From Felis catus (lineage: Eukaryota), in NCBI RefSeq assembly GCF_018350175.1, contig NC_058368.1, positions 44,270,001 through 44,334,000 on the forward strand: a stretch of 64,000 nt of DNA, given 5' to 3'. A model generated the notes under the pieces. That model did not search any database. It was not told the DNA's origin and saw only the letters and a list, made by a program, of their open reading frames with translations. Position 1 is the first letter of the stretch. Each line of letters starts with the position of its first letter. This document shows, piece after piece, positions 26,777-38,410 of the stretch. The position numbers were made by a program, and so were the translations under genes.

Positions 26777-27440
26777 TTGAATACAGAAAGAGAAAAAATT
26801 CATTTTTATTTTCAATTTTTATTAAAAATATCTGTCTTTAACTTTTATTACATTATTTTTTACTTTTTTGTACTTTTTTCAAATTCTACTTTACTTCCAG
26901 CATTTTAATTTAGTCTACTTCAGTGTCCTCACCTCTTCAAATTTTCAATTTCCTTTCTTTTCCTTCATTTTCTTTTTTTCTCTTTTTCATTTATTTTCTT
27001 TTTCTTGAATACAGAGAGAGAAACACTTCATTTTTACCTTCAATATCTTTTGAAAATATATTTATATAATTTTTATTACTATATTTTTTGCTTTTATGTA
27101 AATTTTTAAAAATGCTATTCTACTTCCATCATTTTATTTTAGTCTACTACAGTGTATTCACTTTTTCAAATTTTCAAACGATTTCTTTTTTCTTTTTTTA
27201 TCTTTTTTCTCTTTTTCATTTTTCTTTTTTCTTAAATACAGAAAATGAAAAAAATTCATATTCATTTTTAATTTTAATTAAAAATATTTTTCTTTAATTT
27301 TTTTCTACTATATTCTTTACTTTTTTGTGTATTTTTTCAAATTCTATTATACCACCATCATATCATTTTAGTCTACTTCAGTGTACTCATTTTTTCAACT
27401 TCTCAAATGATTTCCTTTTTTTTACCCCCCCCACTTTTAT
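26777..27440. repeat. Three ~227-bp T-rich tandem units in the L1 5'UTR
   Basis: Anchor tt(g/a)aatacag at 26777, 27005 and 27232. Each unit contains 'tagtctact(t/a)cagtgt'. Confidence 0.85.
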
Positions 27441-27613
27441 TTTCTCTAATCTGTCAAACTACTTTCAACACCCAGACCAAAGCACACCTAGAATCTAGCA
27501 TCATCTATTCGATTTTTATGTGTGTGTTTTTAATTTTTAATTTTAATATTTTTTTATTTTAATTTTTTTAATTTCAATTTTTCTACCTCATTAATTCCTT
27601 TTCTCCTTTCAAA

Positions 27614-28488
27614 ATGAAAAAATGAAGGATTTCACCCCAAAAGAAAGAGCATGAAGAAACGACAGCCAGGGATTTAACAAACACAGATATAAGCAAGATG
27701 TCTGAACCAGAATTTAGAATCACGATAATAAGAATACTAGCTGGAGTCAAAAATAGATTAGAATCCCTTTCTGCACAAATAAAAGAAGTAAAAAATAGCA
27801 AGAATGAAATTAAAAATGCTATAACTGAGCTACAATCACGGATGGATACAGCGGCAGCATGTACAAGGCAGAACAGAGAATCAGTGATATAGAGGACAAA
27901 CTTAGACAGAATAACAAACCAGGAAAAAAGAGGGAAATTAAGGCAAAAGAGCACAAGTTAAGAATTAGAGAAATCAGTGACTCATTAAAAAGGAACAATA
28001 TCAGAATCATAGGGGTCCCAGAAGAGGAAGAAAGAGAAATAGGGGTAGAACGGTTATGTGAGCAAATCATAGCAGAAAACTTTCCTAACCTGGGGAAAGA
28101 CACACACATCAAAATCCAGGAAGCACAGAGGACCCCCATTAGATTCAACAAAAACCAACCATCAACAAGGAATATCATAGTCAAATTCAAAAAATGCTCA
28201 TGCAAGGAGAGAATCATGAAAGCAGCAAGGGAAAAAAAAGTCCCTAACCTACAAGGGAAGACAGATCAGGTTTGCAGCAGACGTATCCACAGAAACTTGG
28301 CAGGCCAGAAAGGAGTGGCAGGATATATTCGTGCACTGAAACAGAAAAAAAATGCAACCAAGAATTCTGTATCCAGAAAGGCTGTCATTCAAAATAGAAG
28401 CAGATATAAAAAGTTTCCCAAACAAAAATTAAAGGAGTTTGTGACCACTAAACCAGCCCTGCAAGAAATATTAAGGGGGACTCTCTGA
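27614..28488 (+). pseudogene. L1 ORF1p (RNA-binding/chaperone), disrupted
   Basis: ATG at 27614 followed by TGA at codon 4. ORF fragments MSEPEFRITIIRIL and KRNNIRIIGVPEEEE...ENFPNL, ending ALQEILRGTL. Contains frameshifts. Confidence 0.93.
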
Positions 28489-28500
28489 GGGGAGAAAAGA

Positions 28501-28504
<4 letters not shown>

Positions 28505-28546
<42 letters not shown>
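28505..28546. repeat. (TA)n in the L1 inter-ORF spacer
   Basis: Seen directly. Confidence 0.95.
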
Positions 28547-28548
<2 letters not shown>

Positions 28549-28615
28549 AAAAGCAACAAAAGATTAGAAAGGACCAGAGAACACCACCAGAAACTCCAAC
28601 TCTACAAGCATAATA

Positions 28616-31600
28616 TTGGCAATAAATTATTATCTTTCAGTACTCACTCTAAACGTCAATGGACTCAACACTCCAATCAAAAGACATTGGGTAACAGATG
28701 GATAATAAAACAAGATCCATCTGTATGCTCTTTACAAGAGACCCACTGTAGACCTAAAGACACCTTCATATTGAAAATAAGGGGATGGAGAACCATCTAT
28801 CATGCTAATGGTCAACAAAAGAAAGCCAGAGTAGCCATATTTATATCAGACAATTTAGACTTTAAAATAAAAACTGTATCAAGAGATGCAGAAGGGCATT
28901 ATATCATAATCAAGGGGTCTATAGACCAACAAAACCTAACAATTGTAAACATTTATGTGCCAAATGTGGTAGCACCCAAATGTATAAATCAGTTAATCAC
29001 AAACATAAAGAAACTCATCAATAGTAATACCATAATAGTAGGAGACTTCAACACCCCACTCACAGCAATGGACAGATCATCAAATAAAAAATCAACAAGG
29101 AAACAATGGCTTTGAATGACACACTGGACCAGATGGACTTAACAGATACATTCAGAACATTTCATCCTAAAGCATCAGAATACACATTCTTCTCCAGTGC
29201 ACATGGAATGTTCTCAAAAATAGACCATATACTGGGACACAAATCAGCCCTAAGTACAAAAAGATCGAGATCATACCTTGAATATTTTCAGACCACAACA
29301 CCATGAAACTGAAAAGCAACCACAAGAAAAGATTTAGAAAGGTAACAAATACTTGGAGACTGAAGAACATCCTACTAAAGAATGAATGGGCTAACCAAGC
29401 AGTTAAAAAGGAAATTGAAAAGTATATGAAAGCCAATGAAAATGATAACACAAACCCAAAATCTCTGGGACTCAGCAAAGACAGTCATAAGAGGAAAGTA
29501 CAGCAATCCAGGCCTTCTTAAAGAAGGAAGAAAGATCTCAGATACACAACCTAACCTTATGCCTCAAGGAGCTGGAAAAAGAACAGCAAATAAAACCCCA
29601 AACCAGCAGAAGACAGGAAATAATAAAGATTAGAGCAGAAATTAATGCTATCAAAACCCAAAAAGCAGTAAAACAGATCAATGAAACCAGAAGGTGGTTC
29701 TTTGAAAGAATTAACAAAATTGATAAACCACCAGCCAGTTTGATCAAGAAGGAAAAGGAAAGGACCCAAATACATAAAATGAAGAATGAAAGAGGAGAGA
29801 TCACAACCAACACAGCAGAAATAAAAATAATAATAAGAGAATATTATGAGCAATTATATGCCAATAAAATGGGTAATCTGGAAGAAATGGACAATTTCTA
29901 GAAACATATACACTACCAAAACTGAAACAGGAAGAAAGAGAAAATTTGAACAGACCCATAACCAGGAAGGAAATCAAATCAGTAATCAAAAATCTCCCAA
30001 AAAACAAGAGTCCAGGGCCAGATGGCTTTCCAAGGAAATTCTACCAAACATTTAAGGAAGTTAACACATATTCTCTTGAAACTGTTCCAAAAAAGTAGAA
30101 ATGGAAGGAAAACTCCCAAACTCTTTCTATGAAGCCAGCATCACCTTGATTCCAAAACCAGAGACCCCTACTAAAAAGGAGAACTATAGACCAATTTCCC
30201 TGATGAACATGGATGCAAAAATCCTCAACAAGATATTAGCCAACCGGATCCAACAATACATTAAAACAATTATTCACCGTGACCAAGCGGGATTGATACC
30301 TGGGATGCAGGGCTGGTTCAACATCCACAAAACAATTAATGTGATTCATCACATCAATAAAAGAAAGGACAAGAACCATATGATCCTTTCAACGGATGGA
30401 GAAAAAGCATTTGACAAAGTACAATATCCTTTCTTAATAAAAACCCTCAAGAAAGTAGGGATAGAAGGATCATACCTCGAGATCATAAAAGCCATATATG
30501 AACAACCCAATGCTAATACCATCCTCAATGGTGAAAAATTGAGAGCTTCCCCCTAAGGTCAAGAACAAGACAGGGATGCCCACTCTCACCATTGTCATTC
30601 AACATAGTATTGGAAGTCTTAGCCTCTGAAATCAGACAACACAAAGAAATAAAAGGCATCCAAATCGGCCAGGAAGAGGTCAAACTTTCACTCTTTGCAG
30701 AGGACATGACACTCTATATGGAAAACCCAAACGATTACACCAAAAAACTGCTAGAACTGATTCATGAATTCAGCAAAGTTGCAGGATATAAAATCAACAC
30801 AGAAATTGGTTGTATTCCTATACACCAAAAATGAAGCAACAGAAAGAGAAATCAAGGAATCGATCCCATTTACAGTTTCACCAAAAACCATAAAATACCT
30901 AGGAATAAATCTAACCAAAGAGGTGAAAAATCTATACACTGAAAACTATAGAAAGCTTTTGAAAGAAATTGAAGAATACACACAAAAAATGGAAAAAGAT
31001 TTCATGCTCCTGGATAGGCAGAACAAATATTGTTAAAATGTCCATAGAAGCCAAAGCAATCTACATACTCAATGCACTCCCTATCAAAATAACACCAGCA
31101 TTCTTCACAGAGCTAGAACAAATAATCCTAAAATTTGTATGGAACCAGAAAATACCCCAAATAGCCAAAGCGATCTTGAAAAAGAAAACCAAAGCAGGAG
31201 GCATCACAATCCCAGACTTCAAGGTATACTACAAAGCTGTAATCATTAAGACAGTGTGGTACTGGCACAAGAACAGACACTCAGATCAATGGAACAGAAT
31301 AGAGAACCCAGAAATGGACCCACAAACGTATGGCCAACTAATCTTTGACAAAGCAGGAAAGAATATCCAATGGAATAAAGACAGTCTCTTCAGCAAGTGG
31401 TGCTGGGAAAACTGGATAGCGACATGCAGAAGAATGAACCTGGACCACTTTCTTACACCATACACAAAAATAAACTCAAAATGGATAAAAGACCTCAGTG
31501 TAAGACAGGAAGCCATCATAATCCTCGAGGAGAAATCAGGCAAAAACCTCTTTGATCTTGTCCACAGCAAATTCTTACTCAACACGTCTCTGGAGGCAAC

Positions 31601-32415
31601 GGAAACAAAAGCAAAAATGAACTACTGGGACCTCATCAAAATAAAAAGCTTCTGCACAGCAAAGGAAACAATCAGCAAAACTAAAAGGCAACCAACAGAA
31701 TGGGAGAAAATATTTGCAAATGACATTATCAGATAAAAGGTTAGTATCCAAAATCTATAAAGAACTTATCAAACTCAACCCCCCAAAAATAAATAATCCA
31801 GTGAAGAAATGGGCAAAAGACATAAATAGACACTTCTCCAAAGAAGACATCCAGATGGCCAACCAACACACGAAAAAATGCTCAACATCACTCATCATCA
31901 GGGAAATCCAAATCAAAACCACTATGAGATACCACCTCACACCTGTCAGAATGGCTAACATTAACAACTCAGGCAACAACAGATGTTGGTGAGCATGAGG
32001 AGAAAGAGGATCTCTTTTGCATTGTTGGTGGGAATGCAAGCTGGTGCAGCCACTCTGGAAAACAGTATGGAGGTTCCTCAAAAAACTAAAAATAGAACTA
32101 CCCTACACCCAGCAATTGCACTACTAGGCACTTATCCACGGGATACAGGTGTGCTGTTTTGAAGGGACACATGCACCCCCATGTTTATAGCAGCACTATC
32201 AACAATAGCCACAGTATGGAAAGACCCAAATGTCCCTCGATGGATGAATGAATAAAGAAGAAGTGGTATATATATGTACAATGGAGTATTACTCGGCAAT
32301 CAAAAAGAATGAAATTTTGCCATTTGCAACTATGTGGATGGAAGTAGAGGGTATTATGCTAAGTGAAATTAGTCAGTCAGAGAAAGACAAAAATCATATG
32401 ACTTCACTCATATGA
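28616..32415 (+). pseudogene. L1 ORF2p (APE endonuclease + reverse transcriptase), fragmented
   Basis: EN motifs LQETH, IVGDFNTPL and KIDHILGH. RT motifs [14 protein letters not shown] and QGWFNI. Catalytic FADD reads FAED. Start ATG reads TTG, with many frameshifts and stops. Confidence 0.96.
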
Positions 32416-33372
32416 GGACTTTAAGAGACAAAACAGATGAATGTAAGGGAAGGGAAACAAAAATAATATAAAAACAGGGAGGGGGACAAAAGAGAAGAGA
32501 CTCATAAATATGGAGAAAAAACTGAGGGTTGCTGGAGGGGTTGTGGGAGGGGGGATGGGTTATATGGATAAGGGGCATTAAGGAATCTACTGAAATCATT
32601 GTTTCACTCTATGCCAACTAATTTGGATGTAAATTTTAAAAAATAAAAAATAAAATTAAAAAAGATTAATGGTTATTAATTAGTTGTTATAAGGTTATAA
32701 TGTATAATATGAAACATAATATATTCTTTAAAAATATCCCTATAGATATACACATTGATATCAACCTAATTACAATAAATGAAGTTGAAAGAACTTGAAT
32801 TCGAAAACTATACAGTATGCCCCATCTACTTAATAAATAAACATCCTAATATGTATATAAATGAATGCATTAATACACATAGACTCACACAAACATTTTT
32901 AGAAGAACACAAATTGGTAACAGAATTATATCTGGGAAAGGGAACTAGGTCCTGACTTTGGAGACTGTTTAATGCTCAAAGTGAACTTTTTGGTTTCAGT
33001 CTAAAATCTATAATAACTGACATTTTTACAACTAGAATACATCTATAACCCAGAAATAAGTGAAAACGAGAAAAAATAATAAAATATAGTAAATTTGAGT
33101 AATTACAGAAAACTACTGTAAAATATAATTGGCATAACTTTTATTCTTTAAATAATAAATGTCCTTTATATAATAAATATCACCTTAATGAAATAAACTA
33201 CAAATATATATTACTTTTATATGTAAATTTTTAAGAGAAAAATTATATCATTAATTAATAATAGAAAAATTCAAATATATGAATAAAGTCTAAGTATTTT
33301 TAAAATTTCAATTTTAGTTATAAAACATAACAGACCCTTGGATAGATTTTTGTAAATTATGAATAGTATGTA

Positions 33373-33428
33373 TTTAAATGTTTCTTTACTTATTTTGAGA
33401 GAAGAGAGACAGAGCATGAGTGGGGAAG

Positions 33429-33469
<41 letters not shown>

Positions 33470-33596
33470 AGTCCCAAGCAGGCTCCACATGCCAGCGTGG
33501 AGCCCACGTGGGGCTTGAAACAACGAACCATGAGATCAGGACCTTACCTGAATGCAAGAGTGTGACACTTAACCAACTGAACCACCCAGGCTCCTC
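33373..33596 (-). mobile_element. CAN-SINE
   Basis: (GA)n body and reverse head. Degenerate TSD atg(a/g)ata(g/a)tat(g/a)tattt. Confidence 0.92.
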
Positions 33597-33734
33597 ATGG
33601 ATAATATATATTTAAAATCAAGTTATTTAACTATGTATGTAAAACCAAGATAATCTGCTCAAAGAATAGCTAGAGACATTCTGTCTAAAATTAATCACAA
33701 AACAGAGTCAAGACAAGTTCATCGACTGCAATGG

Positions 33735-33950
33735 CCATGTACTATATAATTCAGAATAGAAGCTCTGTTGTCAGACTTCTTGGGCATAAACTTTATTTAC
33801 AGCACTTGGTAATTATGTGACCTGGGGAAAGCTAATCACTTTATTTTTTTTAAATTTCATTGTTTATAATATAGGGAAAATGCTAGTGATTAACGAGTTG
33901 TTATAGAAATAAATGTTAAAACACAAAGTAACTACATAATAAAACATCCA
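33735..33950 (+). mobile_element. MIR SINE
   Basis: Core 'cacttggtaattatgtgacctggggaaagctaatcact'. Confidence 0.55.
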
Positions 33951-34517
33951 GAGCCCTCCACTATAAACCCTAGCAAATCTTTCCAACTATAGTCCTCAGT
34001 TCTGGTATTCCATTTAATTCTAGTATATGTCATCACACATGCCATTTGATATTGTTTCCTGTCTTACAATGTTCATCTCTTAATATTCTATCCTTGGCCA
34101 ACTTTATCCATCTACTCAATGTGTTGTTTCATGAAATAATAATCAAAGTAACCTGTAAAATTCCTGCAAATAATAAACACTCAAGATTCATGTTCCATAT
34201 AGCCAAAATAGCTTATTTGAATATACGCGGTATCCCAAAATCCCAGAGAATTTTTTATCATATTCCATCAAATTTATCAAATATGTACTGGATCAAATCA
34301 AATATGGATCATTTACTATTAGTAGGATGCATGCATAAGATCTCACATTTCCACTTCATATTATTTCAATACTATATGTTGCATTTTCTCATGTACATTT
34401 ACTAAAACAAGAAATCACATTTCATTCTTTTTTCCTTCAGTTTCCTAGTATTTAGGATACTGATATAATCCTTTCTGAATCATAAGATAAAATAAATATA
34501 TATTAAATAATTTCTCA

Positions 34518-34716
34518 GGGCGCCTGTGTGGCTCAGTCGGTTAAGCGTCCAACTTTGGCTCAGGTAATGATTTCACCATTCCTGAATTCGAGCCCTGTCT
34601 GGGGCTCTGTGCTGACAGCTCAGAGGCTGGAGACTGTTTCAGATTCTGTGTTTCCCTCTCTCTCTGCCCTTTCCCCAGTTGCATTCTCTCTCTCTCTCTC
34701 AAAAATAAACACAAAT
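34518..34716 (+). mobile_element. CAN-SINE
   Basis: Head and CT body. TSD aataa(t/c)ttctca. Confidence 0.95.
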
Positions 34717-35423
34717 AATAACTTCTCACATATTTCTTACAACTTCTTTTTGATCACTTTTATATGCCTAACATTTCCATAAGTAATCATAAAATCATTT
34801 AAGGAACAATATTAAAAGTTTGAGTATAATATTATTTAATTCCATTCATTGACGTTTAAATAAGATAGAAAGAGATAATACAATATAAAAAAGAATCATA
34901 TTGAAAGATGTAAATGTATGCTACTTTCAAAGTGCCTCCTGTGTATGATACTAGGCACAGAATTTGTTGAATACACACTGGAACAGCATTCCCTACTATT
35001 CTCTACACCTTCTGCCAGGTTTCCACTTTCAAATTGATTTTTAAAGGACAATGGTATTATTGTCTCTTGTCCTTCCTAGGGGTAACATTTACTTAAATTC
35101 AGGAAAATTTATATTCTTTTGTAGGACAGTGAACATTAGGAAGTTTGCATATATCATGATATATATTGCATACATATAATTATATGTAAGCAAGTAACAT
35201 ACTTTTTATTTTTCTTTTTAGTTCTCCATACTATGAAGAAGAACGTTTCCAGAATATGTTTTTATAGTAAAAATTTAAGCAAATTGATAAGAGAACATCT
35301 TGATGTTGTGGATTACCAAATCATGTCATTCAAATCATGGTTAAATTATCTACCTAGCTCTACACTATTATTTCTTAATTTTAAAGTAATATTAAAAAAT
35401 GCAGGTAGTTTATTTTGAAAGTA

Positions 35424-35578
35424 ATATATATATATATACATATATATATATACACACACACACGTATACATGTACAAGATATATATGTATACATGTATAT
35501 ATTTCAGTATATGTGTGTGTATATATATATATATATACACACACATACACGTATACACACATGTACATATACATATAA
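35424..35578. repeat. (TA)/(CA)/(TG) compound microsatellite
   Basis: Seen directly. Confidence 0.9.
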
Positions 35579-36535
35579 TAAATCTTAAATTCTTTTCAGG
35601 CCAAAGAATAAAAATCATAGTAATCAGATACAATTTCTATACACAAAAGCTATTTTTACCTACAAGGAAAACTACCCAATGCACATCACCTTGGAGAGAA
35701 AAAAAAGGTTAAATAGCAAAGCAGTGATCTTTATCTAAGGCTCATGCATTTATTACACATGGCAGTTTTCTCTACTTGCTGTCATAACAAAAGAAAATTG
35801 TAAATTGGAACACTTTATTCTGGGAAACTTGTTATTGAAACAAAGTATTTTTTTCTAAATCTTTCTAAGTTGAATGCATTTTAATTTTAAAATAAAACTG
35901 TGTTTGTTTCTAGTTCCTTTATCCCCCTAGAAGAATCCTTAATGAGTTTCTGTCATAGCTTATTTTCACTTTCATGTTTGTATAAATTAACACTTCATTA
36001 AAAAAGTATTCATTTATTTAAAACAATGTTTCCCTTGATGGAAATGGAGGAGTAGGCATTAGCAACTATGATTAAGAGCAAATAATGGAAAAAGTGGGTG
36101 AGTCTTTAGAATATATTATTTGATACTCTGCTTTATTTTTCATCACAGATGATGGCAATAGAGCTGATATTACAATCAATACCTTCTACATATGCAACAA
36201 ATATTTTAGGTACTGAAATAATACAAAACCAAATTCCTAGCAAAAATAGAAAGTTTTATTATATTACATGATTATAACTAAAGACTGTATGTATGATAAT
36301 GACTATCCACAGTAACTTTTGAAACAGATTGCTTCTATTTATATTTTACAGAATAGGTTTTTTTTCTGATAGTTTAAAAATATTATTTTAGTCATATTAA
36401 TGACCTAATCTGGTATATGCATTTCTATCTAGTTGATAACTATTAAACAACATGCTCACACACATATATCTATTAATTAAATGAATTGATATATATAAAA
36501 TATTTAGAAAATCATCGGGCACATAATGAATTTCT

Positions 36536-37132
36536 TGTGCTTTAAATTGAGTTTCTCAGGAAGCAGACAATGGGATGGAAATTAGCACACAGAAAATCTG
36601 CTGGATACGTTTATCTGTGAAAGGGAGAATGAAGAAGTAGGATTGGATAGAGTTGTGGTACATGGTCAAGACTAATGTGGGGGCACCTGGGTGGCTCAGT
36701 TGGTTGAGTGTCCGACTTTGGCTCATGCCATGATCTCACGGTTTGTGAGTTCAGGTCCCGCATTGGGCTCTGTGCTGATAGCTCAGAGCCTGGAGCCTGT
36801 TCTGAATCTGTGTCTCCCTCTCTCTCTGCCCCTCCCCACATGCGCTCTGTCTCTCCCTCCTCTCAAAAATAAAGAAAACTAATAAAAAAATTAAAAAAAA
36901 AGACTAATGTGGCTCAGTGGGCAGCTTCCTCAGAGTTGTTCCAATTTGGGTGAGGGAACCAGGTCCATATACCCTGTGTTTGACTAGTTTTTGAATATAG
37001 GGTGCCCAATGAAAGAGGCATGATGTAGTTTTCACCAAGAAAAGAGGTCCTAAAGAAGCTTGACAGCTGAGAGTAGTTTTGGGCTGTGCTCTCAGTACCT
37101 GGAGTAATAAGGACAGCCTACCTCCTTCCACT
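36536..37132 (-). mobile_element. ERVL LTR (LTR16/LTR33-like), interrupted by a SINE
   Basis: 'gagtttctcaggaagcagacaatgggatggaaattagcacacagaaaat' resembles the reverse 3' end of the LTR16/33 group, and abuts ERVL internal sequence. Confidence 0.6.
36680..36899 (+). mobile_element. CAN-SINE
   Basis: Perfect TSD aagactaatgtgg. Confidence 0.96.
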
Positions 37133-38410
37133 TTCCACCTCTTGTATTGCTCAGATCTGTTCTTCATATGGGTTTCTACAACAGTTCCTTCAGCATCATA
37201 ATGGACCAATTCTTCAGTGAAACTTTAGAGGGAGTTTAGATGACGAACTAGAGACCCTGACACTGCAGCTGAATTTGGGACTACAATTGATACTCATAGT
37301 CTCTCTAATTTACCATTTATTTTAAATTGCCCTTATGCTCAGGCAGAATTTCTGATAGTCTTGGTGGCATACCTGATGGTATATCCTAGATCTTCTCCCT
37401 GATAAAGTTGAGCCATTAGTCAGTCAGTCATATGATCTTAGCTCAGTATTGCTGGATTTATCTATTAAACATCAAATTAGTCAAGGGAGTGCCAAAAGGC
37501 ACCAAAATGTGCTGCATAGACATATAATGCACTTCTACTACCTTCCTACATCCACTTCATAATCAGGTTCAATTTTTCTAGACAAGATAAGCACTTCACT
37601 TCTTGCCTGCTGAAACACTGGCACAAAGTTTTCAAAGTGCTTAGGCAACATGGGACATGAAGCACAGATTTTCCAAATGAGCCAGTGAATTGTCTCACCC
37701 AGGATCAAGCCTTTCTCTTGGCAGCCCATCACTCTCCCCACCCAAAAAATCTGAAAGGATCGTTCCATCGGGTCACCCAAACTATTGTTAAATGTGAAGC
37801 ACAGCATAATATTTCTTACTGCCAAATCCTGTGTCCTTACTACTGCTTTTGTTGATACTGATCCCAAGAGTACTCCTAGGTTGATGGTAAGCGGAATTAC
37901 TCCTCCTTCCAAGGGTTTGAACACTGAATTCTTCCTACTGGGACACATCACCATAAAGGGGTCTTTGGTATGTTGTATCCTGGAAAATGACACCTCACTT
38001 TTATAAAACATTGTCATTGGGGTGGTGCTTTGGCTGTGCATTTGACTGGTTATTCAGTTGCTCTATCATTCCTCTAGATTCTGGATACTGTTGTTTTGAA
38101 ACAGTCAGTGAATACCATGGTCTTGAACTCATTTCTGCATCTTCTTTGTGTAAAGTGTGCCCACTGGTCTGAGATGTTATGCAAAAGCCTATGAAAGTGA
38201 ATCATTCTGAATTTCTTTGGAGAGTGGCTCTGAATGCCAAAAAGTAACCTATATTTTGGAATATGTTTTTATTCCCGTAAAAAATGAACCGCTGCCCCTT
38301 CGAAGGCAAAAGAGGTCCAAAGTAGTCAATTTTCCACCAAGTTTCTAGATACTCTCTTCAAAGATTGGGGGCACAGTGTTTAATCTTGTTGCTCAAAGGC
38401 TGAACATCAA
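37133..38410 (-). mobile_element. ERVL internal region, integrase/3' part, decayed
   Basis: Adjacent to the LTR. The minus ORF 37538-38041 contains 'EGGVIPLTI', resembling ERV-L 'EVGVAPLTI'. Confidence 0.55.

Larger units (their letters stand above)
25461..32661 (+). mobile_element. Near full-length felid LINE-1 (about 7.2 kb), disabled
   Basis: 5'UTR, ORF1, ORF2, G-rich 3'UTR and A-tail. 16-bp TSD aagattaatgg(a/t)tatt at 25445-25460 and 32662-32677. Confidence 0.97.

Noticed and set aside
27583..28217. Antisense ORFs over L1 ORF1/ORF2 (also 29.2-32.1, 61.4 and 63.5 kb)
   Set aside because: Typical Phe/Leu/Ile-rich shadow frames of the A-rich L1 coding strand.
35200..35418. Polypyrimidine-AG followed by a 61-aa ORF
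   Set aside because: No clear donor site, the distal part looks MIR-like, and there is no recognisable protein.
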